NCBI GenBank assembly: GCA_022813965.1
Contig: JALDZS010000036.1
Span: forward strand, 62,001-126,000
Reading direction: 5' to 3'
From: Toensbergia leucococca
Lineage: Eukaryota
Length of the DNA stretch: 64,000 nt
Positions 1-12,598 of this stretch are shown here, in pieces. Numbering within the stretch: the stretch's first letter is position 1; each line of letters begins with the position of its first letter. Under the pieces are notes generated by a model, which saw only the letters and a list, made by a program, of their open reading frames with translations, ran no database searches and had not been told where the DNA came from. A program made the translations under genes and the position numbers.

Positions 1-1
1 T

Positions 2-1102
2 AATAGTGATACTGGAAATGGTGGTGGGGATAGCGGAGCTGGTGGTGGATTGCCTGCTGCTCCCCAATTGGGTGGGCTGTTTGCCGGCGGTATTCCCAAA
101 TTACACAAAAGAGGAGGCGGCGTTGATACAGGGGCCAATCGAGAGTCACCCTATCTTTCTGACCCAGAAACATCACGAAGTTCCGCCCCGAAACCACCCC
201 CTTCATCTGCGCCAAAGCCCCCAACAGTTCCTAGAATGAATGCTCTGAGGCCAATCCCACAGTCTACCGAATCCTCACCCCCTCAACCAGCTAATCCTTT
301 GGTCGCAAATCTTCGCAAAGCTCCCCCAAAACCAATCCAGAGACCAAATTCCGATTTTCCTCTTCGAAATACTAAGTCTTCCATTGATGTTGCCCCACAA
401 AGACCTCCTCCCCCTCCAATAGGACCAGCAAAGCCACCGCCACCCCCAATAACGGCGCGAAAACCTTCAACAGCTGCACCCCCTCCGCCGCCTTCGATCC
501 CACCAACGCCTTCTGCACCTCCACCACCACATTCGAGAGCACCAACGCCTCCTGCAGCTCCTCCACCACCACCTACCTCAGCCCCGCTACGCCCACCGAC
601 GAGATCAACACCTCCACCTCCACCTTCACCTTCGAGCGTTCCTTCCTTCACTAATGGAGCTTCTACCCCATCACTGGCAATCCAAGCAGCCCGTAATGCT
701 TTCGGGAATGGACAGACCTCACCCGCAGCACCTCCTCCGCCTCCACCGCCAGCACCGCAATTCTCCGCCCTCTTGACATCTTCAACATCGGCCCCGTCTA
801 CTCCGCCACCACCGCCTTCTGCACCCCCAACTTCAAATCCAGTAATCCATCGGCCTACGATAGCAACGTTAGACCCTTATTCATACACTCTTTCAAATGG
901 AAATTCTTCAAAACATAATACAGGCCCTGGAAAAGGGAGTATATCTCCTAGTAGAAGCGGGGGATTTAGAATCGAAGATCCTAGATGGCACTTCCAGGAT
1001 GAAGGTCAACTACCAAAGCCTCGGGAGTTTATTGGAGGACCGAAAAGGTATCGGGCAGGTAGAGGAAGTAGTGTCCCACTTGATCTATCTCAGTTCAGGT
1101 AG
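2..1102 (+). CDS. VRP1: Verprolin/WIP-like actin-binding protein (5'-truncated by window edge)
   Basis: Frame is open from position 2. WH2-type segment LGGLFAGGIPKLHKR, long polyproline tracts, and the fungal verprolin C-terminus DPRWHFQDEGQLPKPREFIGGPKRYRAGRGSSVPLDL. Confidence 0.85.
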   Translation, partial: NSDTGNGGGDSGAGGGLPAAPQLGGLFAGGIPKLHKRGGGVDTGANRESPYLSDPETSRSSAPKPPPSSAPKPPTVPRMNALRPIPQSTESSPPQPANPLVANLRKAPPKPIQRPNSDFPLRNTKSSIDVAPQRPPPPPIGPAKPPPPPITARKPSTAAPPPPPSIPPTPSAPPPPHSRAPTPPAAPPPPPTSAPLRPPTRSTPPPPPSPSSVPSFTNGASTPSLAIQAARNAFGNGQTSPAAPPPPPPPAPQFSALLTSSTSAPSTPPPPPSAPPTSNPVIHRPTIATLDPYSYTLSNGNSSKHNTGPGKGSISPSRSGGFRIEDPRWHFQDEGQLPKPREFIGGPKRYRAGRGSSVPLDLSQFR

Positions 1103-1624
1103 CAGGTGGACATATATGACTGTATCTCAGCTAATGGCGTTGGAGGACAAGTGATCTCTTAGGAAGAGGCAGCTGCGAAGCTTTATCAGTGGCTTGTGCA
1201 AACATGACATGTAGAGCGTATTCATATTGAACCATTGGTCTGAGATTAGCTATGCCGACGTTCAGATCAACCCCAAGTGCTATGTAGAACTTCCTTGGAT
1301 TTCTTCTCCAGCTTCAGGTGCTGTCGACGCACGTGCTATCCGTTCAGGCACGATGAGTCTAATTACCTTAAAGTCGAACCCTACTGGGCCTACGGAGTAC
1401 GGGTAAGGTACAGATACGGTACTCTGTACCGATTTTTCCCTTTAGCTCCTCAATTAGTGCAAACATGCAAACATGCAGGCATTCCCTCGATTGATACACG
1501 ATTTTTTCGACCACAACGTTGAATACTCAGCATGACGGACTGCCTACAAAGAATCGTTGAGGGGCATTAGCCTTGGGCGCACTGATGCTTCTGAAGCTTA
1601 CATCACTATCACCTAGATTTAGCT

Positions 1625-2146
1625 ATGTCTTCCACAGCGACTCCGATTGACCCACGCCGTTTTGCAGAAGCCATCACTGCTCTTCCACTTTCGAACCTAC
1701 ACTTTAAAGCTACCGAAATCTGGAATTCAATTTCTCACCTTCGTAGCTCCAATGAGCAATTAAAGGAGTTTGCAGACGAAGGTGATCTAGATTGTACAGA
1801 GACAGTGAGAGAAAACCTTGGGGTCATTGAAAGAATGGACGAAAGGATCGAGCTCTTGAAGATGGAAGTTGAGAGAAGAGGGTTTATGTGGGGCTGGGAG
1901 GGGGAGGGTGGGGAAAACAGGATTGAGGGTGGTGGGGAGGGTAGTGATACCGCAGTGAATGGGGAGATCCATGGGAATGATCGTGGAGTGGAAGTACCAC
2001 GAATTGGACGCGAAGGACTAGAACCTAACAATCATAACGGCGAGGGAGACCGAGGGAGGTTGGGAGATGAGGATTCAGCGAGACGTTGGAGAGAGAGGAT
2101 GGAAGAGCCCGAATTTGAAGAAGCGGATGATGGCATGCATCTCTGA
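1625..2146 (+). CDS. Conserved-looking hypothetical fungal protein (173 aa, helical N-half, acidic/Gly-rich tail)
   Basis: Intronless ATG ORF with protein-like amphipathic helices (IDPRRFAEAITALPLSNLHFKATEIWNSISHLRSSNEQL...ERIELLKMEVERRG). Confidence 0.7.
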   Translation: MSSTATPIDPRRFAEAITALPLSNLHFKATEIWNSISHLRSSNEQLKEFADEGDLDCTETVRENLGVIERMDERIELLKMEVERRGFMWGWEGEGGENRIEGGGEGSDTAVNGEIHGNDRGVEVPRIGREGLEPNNHNGEGDRGRLGDEDSARRWRERMEEPEFEEADDGMHL

Positions 2147-2671
2147 GAAACCGCAGTGGGATGGAGCCTTCACAAGCAAAGCAGTTGAAAATCAAATCTT
2201 CCTGAATCCCCGACACATAGACACCGAGGTGGTCTTAGTCAATTGGGGGCTTTATTGGTGAGATACGGCTATCGCTAATGCGCAAGCTCGGCCTTATAAG
2301 ACCTAGAGGATTAAGAGAGAATGGCATTTGTGAGAAAGGGCGAGTAATGACTGAGCGGGGTTGACACCAGGCTTCAGGCCACCTATTAAGAAGGCTTGTT
2401 GTGGGGTTTCATACTAAGCACTGTGTCAGAAATCAAGATAGCAATACCTAAAATGGAGATAGAGGCTCTTTGGTAAGAACCGTAAGGGCGACCTTGATTG
2501 GAGCTGTACACCAATGGTTGAAGTAGGCAAAGGGACACAATTGAATCTTTGCGGGTTCAGGTACTGGTTCCTGTCAAATGATTGTCGTGGTCATTGTTCA
2601 TTAGGAGTAGAACATATACCCAAGTTGAGTCGCACAAGAAAATCTACTCGAGTATTTCGGATATGCCCCCG

Positions 2672-2697
2672 ACCTAAGGAGGCATGCCTCCTTAGGT
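2672..2697. repeat. Perfect 26-bp palindrome ACCTAAGGAGGCATGCCTCCTTAGGT
   Basis: Sequence equals its own reverse complement; about 160 bp upstream of the rhomboid ATG. Confidence 0.95.
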
Positions 2698-2858
2698 AGG
2701 TTGGGGGGGATATGCGGCCCCCAAAATTAGGTAGGGCTAGACTCAGTTAGCGACAACATGTACCTTTAAGATGTATCTACGGGTCTTCTGCAGCGTCATT
2801 ATTACATCTCCTTACGGCACCTAACGTCTCACAGAGACTGGGAGTCGATGAAGAGGCA

Positions 2859-4616
2859 ATGAACAGCAGTGTCTGTTCGGCGACCTGGCGGGCCTTTTCT
2901 GGGCTGCAAGCTCCGCTGTTGAAGAATCAGACGCTTTCAATATTTTCAGCGACCCTTCGAGGCAATCCAACTTTGGGTCAAGGTTCAAGGACTTCCACAT
3001 CATATGAATCAAGGGCAACCATCTCAAGTGGTCTACTCTCCCCCAACTTCGATCCTTTCCGATGCCCTCATCTGAACCTACAAAACTTTGCGGCTTTCTC
3101 GACTGCTGCGCGCTTTTGCAAATCCCGGTCTAAAGCTCAAGGCAAAGATCGCGGAAGTAGCAGTGATGACGAAGTCAAAAAGTGGTCTGAAGAAACTATC
3201 AAAGCAGTTCTCGGGCCTACTGTAGCTCGATCCGAAGGCAATCGTCTTCTCGCTGTTTTGCAGAGACAGCGCGCCTCGGGTACCCTGGATCATGGGGTCT
3301 CAGCACCAGGCATAGATGATCGAATTTTAGCGAATGCGTTGTTGTGGCTACGTGCAAATTACCCGGTGGATGAGGATACGGCTATTGGAGCAAGACCAGA
3401 GAAAGAGGAACTGCTGGAAGCGGAGAAATCCAAAGCTCTTGCCGAGCAAGAAAGCACATACAGGCCGCAACAGAATGCTGGAAAGACAGGCTTGTACGGC
3501 CGATCGGGTCTGGAGGACATCAAGGATCACTACGAAAGAAAACTGAATGAGCGGCGAGAAGAATCATCAACAGACATTAGCAAGGACTTCATTACGGCTA
3601 CGAAGCCAGTTGGTAGGGCTATTGTTGCAAGACGAATTGAATCAGCGGAGTGGGTTCAGCGATATAAGAAGAAAGCCTCACTGAGTGATGCGGAGGTACC
3701 TCATATGACGAAATGGCAGCGACTCTGGCCGTCAGGACTGTTTGCCATCTCAGTCATTGGACTATCTATTCTGTTCGCCCAGAATTATAAACCTCCTCCA
3801 CTGCGGGCTCGTATCTTGCCTGATATTCCGCCTGCTGCAGCTACGATAATAGTATTAATAGGCATGAACACTGCCATGTATCTTTTGTGGAAGGCTCCTC
3901 CGATGTGGCGCACAATGAATATATGCTTCATGCTCGTTCCTGGGCTACCTGTCGCTCGAAGCATACTAGGAAACATCTTCAGTCACCAAACCTTCGGCCA
4001 TTTGGCGGGGAACATGGTTGCTCTTTGGTTCATTGGCACTCGGCGTAAGTACGTTCCTATTGATCCTCTATCGTGAGATAGTTCTACTGATGCCGTCCAG
4101 TGCACGATGATATCGGTCGTGGAAATTTCTTAGCCATCTTTCTGTCCGGTGGCGTCATAGCATCCTTTACAAGTTTGTCTGTATATGTGTTTCAGAGCAA
4201 TTTTACCGTTTCTACCTTGGGTGCCAGTGGCGCCCTTGCTGCAATCATGGCCACCTGGTGTTTGATCCATACCGAGTAAGCAGTAAACCCCTTTTCTTCA
4301 TTTCCATACAATGAGGCATAACGCTAATCATATCTCAAGCGCGAAACTCTCTGTTGCGTTCATACCTACTTGGCTAATACCTCCTATCTCCACAACTGTG
4401 TTACTCTCCTCTGTGATGGCGATAGATATCTACGGCGTAACGAGAGGCTGGACTAATGCACGACACATTGATCATTGGGCCCACATGGGCGGGTATTTCG
4501 CGGGTATTGTCAGCGCTCAAGCTCTCAATTATCGTGCCAAGGATCGATTGCAAGCAGAGATGGAAAGAAGAAAGAAACTTGGCTTCATCGATCGTGTCAA
4601 GGAGGGTCGCTTCTAG
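2859..4616 (+). CDS. PCP1: Mitochondrial rhomboid protease (Pcp1/PARL-like), 3 exons
   Basis: Exons ~2859-4044, 4101-4275, 4340-4616 with GTAAG..AG introns. Motifs FSHQTFGHLAGNM, catalytic LGASGA and DHWAHMGG; Arg/Ser-rich presequence-like N-terminus. Confidence 0.88.
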
Positions 4617-5998
4617 TGCTGATTTTCAGACACAAACATTGTGTGATATCCATCAACGGTGGTCAATCCGTTGATTGCCCAGCGGACAGTGGAAGAACGA
4701 ATGGAGATCATGACGAGCCTGTGGCGTTCACGAAATGGTACTTTGGCATATTCATCAAGGTGCCCAAAGGATAGTTTACGCCCTCAGAAGACATTCACAG
4801 TAGATCTCAAGGTCGTTGTAGATGTCCTACAGCAGGAGCTCTAGATACTTGCAAGCCTCGATGCTTAGTCGTATCGACCATCGTCAGGACCGCTCTTCCT
4901 ACTCTACCTAGATCTTCAACGACTTCGAACCCATTCTTCTAGTTCGATGGAGCCTTTTAATACTGCGAGGCCGCCTTTACATTAACAGCCTGATGACCAG
5001 CTGACCACCTCTCACGTTCAAAGTCGCTCAGGCTCAGGTGTTTTGGAAGATGCTCGAGCCAGGGATAGGAATGGCTGCTGCAAGAAACACTCTCTTCTAT
5101 ATAGAAATTCCGCCCTCACGGACCATAATCAACCACTTCAAACATCTACCTATATGTTTTCCCTACATATAGAAAGTCGTTCGTAGATTGAGCAAAAATA
5201 CTGCATATCTATCTTGCCCTTGTAACGGATTAATCGGGTATCTACCTCACAAACCCAGAGACGTAGAACCACTTGGCCAGTATGAAGTATCAAGCATCAC
5301 ATAATCTCAATGGAACACTGATGCACCGGCAGTGAAGGAGAGGTCATCGTGGTCGTTGCTGCCGTTTCCCAAATCAAGCTCTCTACTGCCCGCGACGATT
5401 CTTTCAGGGTAGAGGTATACTCGTAGACTCTGAACAATGACTAGGACAGAAATAGCCATGCAGAGGCCAATGTAGGTACCTTCCACCTTTAATCAGCTCC
5501 TGCCCGTTGAACACCCCGTGTCCTTGCTGACGGCCACTTTACCGCTCACCCCTTACTCTACCTTACTTCTTACTGGTCATCTGGTAGTCAACTGGCGGGA
5601 AGCGCATGTGGTAACGGAAACGACAGAGATAGGCTCTGCAATATCTACACAGCTTTTTGTGCAAATCTCACCCAGAAAGTTGAATATAGTGCAAAGACCG
5701 TTGAGAGCCTTGGACAGGAAATCAATTGGGTACCTTGACCGGATGAAACAAAAGACATGGCGGGGTTATGTCACTTTTTGGATGTTATTATGTACAGCAC
5801 CTTAAACGCAGAACGAGTCAAAATGACGAGACGCCCATACTCAAGGAAGCCTCCTACTGATATGCTCCGTGATCAGCCCGCCACGCAATGAAACGCCTTT
5901 CGTCTCTCCGTCCCGAGAACGCCGATTTGTCCTATGATGCATCGCCACCTGAGCTATCGTAAGATGTCTTGCCACAGCAGTGAAAAAAAGAATATGAC

Positions 5999-7503
5999 CT
6001 ATTGAGGAGCTACGATCGTACACGCTCCGTTAGCTGCGTCCTGGGGAACCGATCCATTGCCGATCCAGATGTCAATAAGCGGTTGTAGAGGCTCCGTGTC
6101 TTTCTCGGACAGAAGTCCGAATAGCTTCGCAACTGAAATGTAGTGCACAAAGCATGAATTCAGATCAGTCCATCCGTTCGAATTTGTGCCATTCGTCATG
6201 TGCCAGAACGGATTCTCCCAGTGCGAGTGATACAAATGAGCGTAAAGGCGGAATATTTGACGGAAGATGGTCTTGCAATCGCCGAAAAAGGACTCGGGGA
6301 ACCCAGCAGATTTACCAACCCAATCGCGACCTGCAAGAGTTGATAGTGGAGTGCTAAGGGTGGTAGGGCCCATTGCAATCGGTGTGCTGGCGCCAGAAGT
6401 ACTTAGACTTCCTGAAGCATATGCAGTACCCAATCCATTAGGCGATTCTGTGGGAAACGCCTTTGGGTCATGGATCTTCCCAACGATCCACCTCTGTACG
6501 AGACTGATGTACTGATTGGCTGGAACTCTAATGGGAGCTTTCTCGTTGTTGAGCCAGGTGTATGTGTGACTACTAACGTTGACTTAACTTTGTGACGAAA
6601 CATAGATGGCAAGTAGGCTTACCGTCCGGCAGACATGAATGGGCAAGTTTTGGGATTACAGATAGCCGTTCCGGTGTTAACGTCGACTTCCTGAATGCAT
6701 TGCAACAGAGCTTCCACAAGGCGATATTGTTCAACGGCTAGGAGCAGCAAGTCGTTAGAAAAAGAAAAAGAAATTGTAGTGTCCGAAGTACCTTGGTGTG
6801 CAAGCCATTCCCCGAGGTCGACATTTTTGGGCTGCGCCGCCAACGGCATGAAATTGCCCTTGACTCCTAGGCGTGCATACTTCTCCCTAAAGAAGAACTT
6901 CGTCGGCTCAGCCTCGACCGGACTTTCCGCGCCATTATGACCATTTTCCGAGCCAATAGTCGATGATAAAGACGGGGATTGTGTCAACGGGGGCATATTT
7001 GGGGAGAAGGCGGTGGGAGAAGGATTCTGGGAGCCGTTTGGTCTCTGCTGGCTGGTAACAACGTTCCCATTCGATCTGTTCGACTGGCGATTGAATCCCT
7101 GGCGGCTGGCAGCATAGCAGAACATCAGTCTTGGTTTTCATAACAAATGTTTGGTGTAAGATAGATTGCATTGTGTTCAAGCTGCTTATATGCTTTTGTC
7201 GAGGCAATTGCATCAAAAAAGCCGGAAATCCTTCGCAAGCCAAAAGTGTTGATGTGGGCAAGATGTAGATTTTGGGGGGTATTGCCGAGGGTAGCATAGA
7301 ATCAATATCAAGTGCAATGCGAGGTAGTCAAAGAAGAATAGTATAGGGAGGTAGAGGCTGACAAAGGGGCATTGTAGTACAGTTCGTCAACGACAGACGT
7401 CTCAGGGTATGAACAAGACGCGTCAATGTGACTGTACCGTCCATAGCAAACAAAGAAAAGGAACGGATTTAACTTACACACTCTGAAAAAACGTGGCCAT
7501 CAT
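5999..7503 (-). CDS. MOB2: Mob1/phocein family NDR-kinase (Cbk1/COT-1) activator, multi-exon
   Basis: Motifs FFFREKYARLGVKGNFMPLAAQPKNVDLGEWLAHQ, ICNPKTCPFMSAG, IFRQIFRLYAHLYHSHW, LNSCFVHYISVAKLFGLL. Short first exon M(M)ATFFQSV followed by GTAAGT. Confidence 0.88.
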
Positions 7504-7842
7504 CAAGGCAAATCGGACGGGAAAGTCTTGCGTTGCCCAAAAGGAAGTCCAACTACCAATGTAAGAGGTAAGATAAACACCAACGGTGAATGTCCGTAGG
7601 GGGACGGAAAAGCCGCTCATGGTGAGCTAGGATTTATACTCGCCCATCCGCCGTTCAGTGTCTGCGCCTTACCCCTTTACGTTAGTCACCGGGAGCTACC
7701 GAGGTACCATCCTCCATCGGAGCTCAGAATGTCGGGTACTACGGAGGCCGACGAAATCTTCAAGATATTGCGTCTTCGCGTTGACATTCACCAATCACCT
7801 TTGTTCACCCCATTTGAAACCGTCGAACTTTGGCTGGACACC

Positions 7843-9462
7843 ATGGCTGAATTTTCCACAACTCCACCGCCTACTGATACAATGTTGTCGCCTGATAACG
7901 TCCTGAGTAGTACTGAAGGACCCTCAGCTGGAGCAAGCGCTGCGAGACCCCAAGATTACAATGATGATGCCAGTGATCAAGAAGCCGCTATAGCCACACA
8001 AAATCGGGAGGATGATGTTGGTGGTCTCTTTGGTTCTGGCTCAGAAGATGATGATCCTAGGTGATTGGAACTGCTCCATGAGTATTCAACAAAAGCTGAA
8101 ATTTAATGAGCAGCCGCGGCATCAATTCCACGCATCGCAAACTTGATGATGAAGACCTTGATTCGGCCGATGACGAGGATAGACTTGAGCGGGTTGACGA
8201 TGACGTGGATGACTATGGTAAAGAGGAGGAGACGCAGGCCCGTCCTGAGACTATCTTGGACGTCGATATTGGCAGGCACGCTATCCCACGTCCTAGCGAC
8301 GGCGAGGTACGTGGCATAACTCCAGGAGGCAGTTCGCAGCTAAACCTGATGATAGCTGTACCTGCTCCAACTGCCTGATTTCATAGGAATTGAGTCCAAA
8401 GCCTTTCACCATCGAAACTTCCAGCTTCCTACTACTGACCACCATTCATCTGGTCCACCATCATCGACTTTTTCTGCCCATCAAACAGCTAATAACACGA
8501 TACGGTGGCGGTATTCGCCCAGCGATCCTTCTCAAATCCAGTCCAATGCGCGTATCCTTCGGTGGTCAGATGGGTCATTGACACTACAGCTTGGCTCAAA
8601 TCCGCTAGAACAATACGAGCTTACTGCCAAACCGCTTGCGCCCCCTCAAGCCAATCCGCCTAAGCCAACACCAACTGCAATGAATAGAAGCCGCCCTGCA
8701 AACGGAGCGGCCACCTACGACTCTCGTCTTGACTCTCATACCTACCTCGCAGCTCCACAGGAAAAGGTGTCAGTAATACGGATTACGAATCACATCACCT
8801 CGTCGCTGAGTGTAAAAACATCTAACCAGGAAGACGATGCTCTCATCAGACTTCAGGAGTCCCTTGCAGCAGCAACGAAAGGTAACAAGTCTGCAACACA
8901 TGGCGGCTTAGAAATTATCAACGTTTCTGAAGATCCTGAGCTAGCTAAGAAGCAAGCTGAAGTAGCGGAGAAAGAGAAGCTGCGTGCCTACCGACGTCGT
9001 CAAGTGCAGGAAGAGCGAGAACGTGATCGCGCAAACCGAGTACTTGGTCGTTCTGGTCTACGTACCGGTGGCTTGGGAGCCGGGCTAACCGTCGGAGGAT
9101 TAGAAGACGATGATGGCATGTCTAAGCCAAGGGCGAGACCTGGAAAGCAAAAGAGGAAGCCTGCACGTAGGAACAGTGAGTACAGTGATGAAGAAGAGGG
9201 TTTTAGGAACCGAGGGCGTACGAAAGAGGATGAATATGATGAGGACGATGGGTTTTTGGTCGGAAGCGATGAAGAACCTGAGCTTGTACCGGATGAGAGC
9301 GAAGAGGAAGCGGAACTTGATGATGAGGCTGAAGACGAGGAAGTAGGGCCGGATAGGGGTACTACAAAGAGGGAGGCAGCTGTGGAGACTGGCGATGATG
9401 CCGCTGCCGCGGCAAGATCGAAGCGTAGGCGAGTGATCGAGGAAGACGAAGATGAGGATTGA
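7843..9462 (+). CDS. LEO1: Paf1 complex subunit Leo1, 3 exons
   Basis: Acidic N-terminus with GGLFGSGSEDD; the spliced frame gives ANNTIRWRYSP...QSNARILRWSDGSLTLQLG (Leo1 core); acidic tail with EDEYDEDDGFLV. An upstream in-frame ATG exists at 7729. Confidence 0.88.
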
Positions 9463-10093
9463 AGCACTACTTTGTATGCACGAATGAGCTGATTTGAATG
9501 GTCGGGCTGGGCGGATTAGCCCAGAGTCAGTCGCCTTGACATTGTCACGGAAGCCTGCATTTCAAGATATTAGCTTCAGGACTACCTAGCTACTCATTGC
9601 TACAGGCCAAAGCCTCGTGTCTAGCGACAGAAACGAGGATACAGATAAGATGAGATAGAGGGCAAGCTCTTGTATCCAATTTTCCGAATTGCAAGTTGAG
9701 GTGCAGGCAATAGTCGCTACGTGACTGATGTTCATCGTGAGATACACAACTGATAAACTTCAAATGACTTGGGCTTAGTGATACACGACGTCTCCTTCTA
9801 GAAGCTTAAAGGCCACATTCGATGATATATGCGACAATGCGATATGCGAGCCGTTCCGTGCCTGCACGCTTAACATCTTTTCAATAATAAATGAAACCCA
9901 GATACTACACGTGGGCCAGCCCAAGGGCTACAAATCATTGTGGCATTGTGAGAAAGCAGAAGACATAAAGGGAACATATCAATGACTTTCCCAGAACGCC
10001 TTACACTGCCCCTGCTCCGACCTACTGCATCACATCGTTTACAAGCAATTATCTCTCACACTTCAAAGGCTCACCGAAGTCCTTTGACTCAAC

Positions 10094-10534
10094 ATGTACA
10101 TGTCATTCCCTATGGTCTTGTTCTGCTTTATCGCCCTCAGTCCTAGCTCTGATGCTGTTCAATGCTTCTCACATGAAGTTTATGTTGCTGCCGCCCAATG
10201 TGTCAATGCCGCCAAACTAGCCTGTTCCATGCCGGCAGCCGGCACAAGTTCTGATGCCAAAACTTCAGTTATCACTAAACAGTCTGGGTCTTGCAGGGCT
10301 GCTCTCGTCCTGCCACACGGGCAGGTCTGTAACGCTAGTGGCTTCGACACCATCATGAACCATTGTTGTCACGGCACTGCGTTTTCCCTAGATTATCCGT
10401 GGGGACCAGGAGGAAGCTGGAACCTGCTACAGGGCCCGGATTTCAAAATACCGCCAGTGATGGTATTGCTTGATCCGACGAGTCCAGGATATGCGCTCTA
10501 TTCTTGGTGGGACCTCGAGCTCATAACAGAATAG
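10094..10534 (+). CDS. Small secreted cysteine-rich protein (effector-like, 146 aa, 8 Cys)
   Basis: Intronless ATG ORF; hydrophobic N-terminus ending in SDA-V (signal-peptide-like); 7 Cys after the predicted cleavage site. Confidence 0.65.
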   Translation: MYMSFPMVLFCFIALSPSSDAVQCFSHEVYVAAAQCVNAAKLACSMPAAGTSSDAKTSVITKQSGSCRAALVLPHGQVCNASGFDTIMNHCCHGTAFSLDYPWGPGGSWNLLQGPDFKIPPVMVLLDPTSPGYALYSWWDLELITE

Positions 10535-12598
10535 CGGAAAATATGTACCTTATACAGCAAAGTATGTTCATAGTGAAGAGGAATCCAAAAGCAAAGCGCT
10601 GATATCAAAAAAGGTAAGGAAGAAGGGAAAGTGATAGAGCATATGAAGACGGGGCACAGGAAAACATGTTATGAAGAATGAGATTGTGTCGACAAAATCT
10701 TTCACCTTCCTTTTCTCAGCCTTGTTGCCTCCTTGATACACCTTCTATTAACTTCAAGCCCTCATGAATTTTTACTATCCATATCTGCCATCAGGAATGC
10801 ATATCGTCTTGAATATAGAGCAGTGTTGATGACGGTTAATTCTATGGCTAAGGAGGAGAAGTGCAATTTCCCAACATATCTATCTGCCCATTAGCAATCT
10901 TGAGTCTTTCTGAATTTAGAAGCAATGGGCTGTTTCATGCAAACGATCGCAGCCCACTTGTGAGTATAAGTACTGTGTATTACTACTTATCCCAATTCTC
11001 CTCTTTAGATATTCCATGCTACGCATCCCTTTGCCTACTAAACTCCTTTCATTACGTCTCAGTCATCCCTGAAAACTTCATGTTTCTTGTCTGTCTTGCA
11101 TTCACTTTTTTACACTGGCCAGTAGTCCGTTCCTGATATCCTACTAAGGCAATGAAATTCACAGGGCAAGATACATGCCTCAAGCTGGACTGACACGAGC
11201 TTTTATGGGCCAAACCATAGGTCTGAATCTACAGCCTTTGATCCCAGAGCATCCATATGTCACAACTTGCTAAGCACTCCACCTAGATCCCTTCTCAATT
11301 TCTACAAGTTCGGCCTTTCCGCTTTACCTCTCGTGATGTCGTTTGTAGAATTCAAACCTATGGACACTTGTTAGCATCGATATTCGATTCGGCCTAAACC
11401 ACCTTTGGACGTTCGAAGGCTCTTGATCTAGCATAGAGTTGGATCGCTAGACGAGGTCCAAGTCTAGCCCCGGGCATCTTCTTTGAAAGGATCTCGAGGT
11501 GTAGAGGCTGTTTGGTATCTGCGCTATAGAGAAGATTGTATTAGCAGAATGCACATCTTCGTACCAAATGGCTTATGCAATTACGGGTGAACTGCTATTC
11601 GGTAGAATGTGTTCGGCATTTGTAAAATAGGGCGGCGTAGAGTACGGTAGGTACCTAGTCTTCTAAAATTATCCAGCTGCCAGGTCATGATGTAATCCAC
11701 AGATTATCCAGTAACCTGATGATCCGAGTCTCATTCATCTTTTCATAAATTTGTAGAATGAGTTTGTTGACGTTCTGGTGGCAAGTCAACTTGTGCGATT
11801 CTGAAGCTTTGATTTCTGTACATGAAACAAAAGCGGGTCTAAAATGGATGTGCAGAGAGCCGAATTCATCATGCTCGAGCCTCCAGCAAGGCAGAAATCA
11901 CGTAATAAATGCCTGTATACTTTTTCCAAGAGTACAGCTACTTTGCGGGGTATGTACCTTAAGTATTTAGAAAGAGTACCTACATAACGCGAGGCGCACA
12001 AGATTATTCCGTAGAGCAGGTCCAACGCTAGCCACGCCTCTTTGACCCTGCCTCCTCTCGCTCCTGCACATTGCAATCCTCTGTTTCTAATTGAGATACG
12101 GATAGATGTGTGAGTATTGACCGATGCAGTGGTATATACGCTCAGCCAAGTATTCTAGGATGTGTAATGGCACCAGAATGTGAGACGATTAAGAGTAACA
12201 ATGTAGCCATATCGAAGAAATAGAGTGGCGCGTCGATGCGAGGCTTTTGAGATCTGAAACCAAGATTAGCGCATTTCTCCAAATTGGAATGGCTTGCTTC
12301 CAACGGCCAATCATATTTGCCCAAACCTCCATCTCCCTGCACACCCGCCCACTTGTTTATAACCACAGCCCAACCCCCTTCTTCCCTCCTCCACGCCCAT
12401 TCAAATACAACACCTCGCTGTCGTTTTCTTGCCCTTCGTACTAACCCATTTTCTTTCCAAGTCTCTCGCTGGTAAGTCGCACATACAGTTCTCGGAATCT
12501 TCCATATCGGTTTTTCCGACCACCTTCCAAATATTGCGCTAATCATAGTAAACAGCCAAGCTTAGGTCGTTCGCTCAATCAGCAATACATCAACGATA

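Noticed and set aside
283..651. Gly-rich antisense ORF (and similar shadows at 9000-9467, 14122-14604, 52348-52740, 62590-63111)
   Set aside because: Antisense mirrors of real low-complexity coding sequence.
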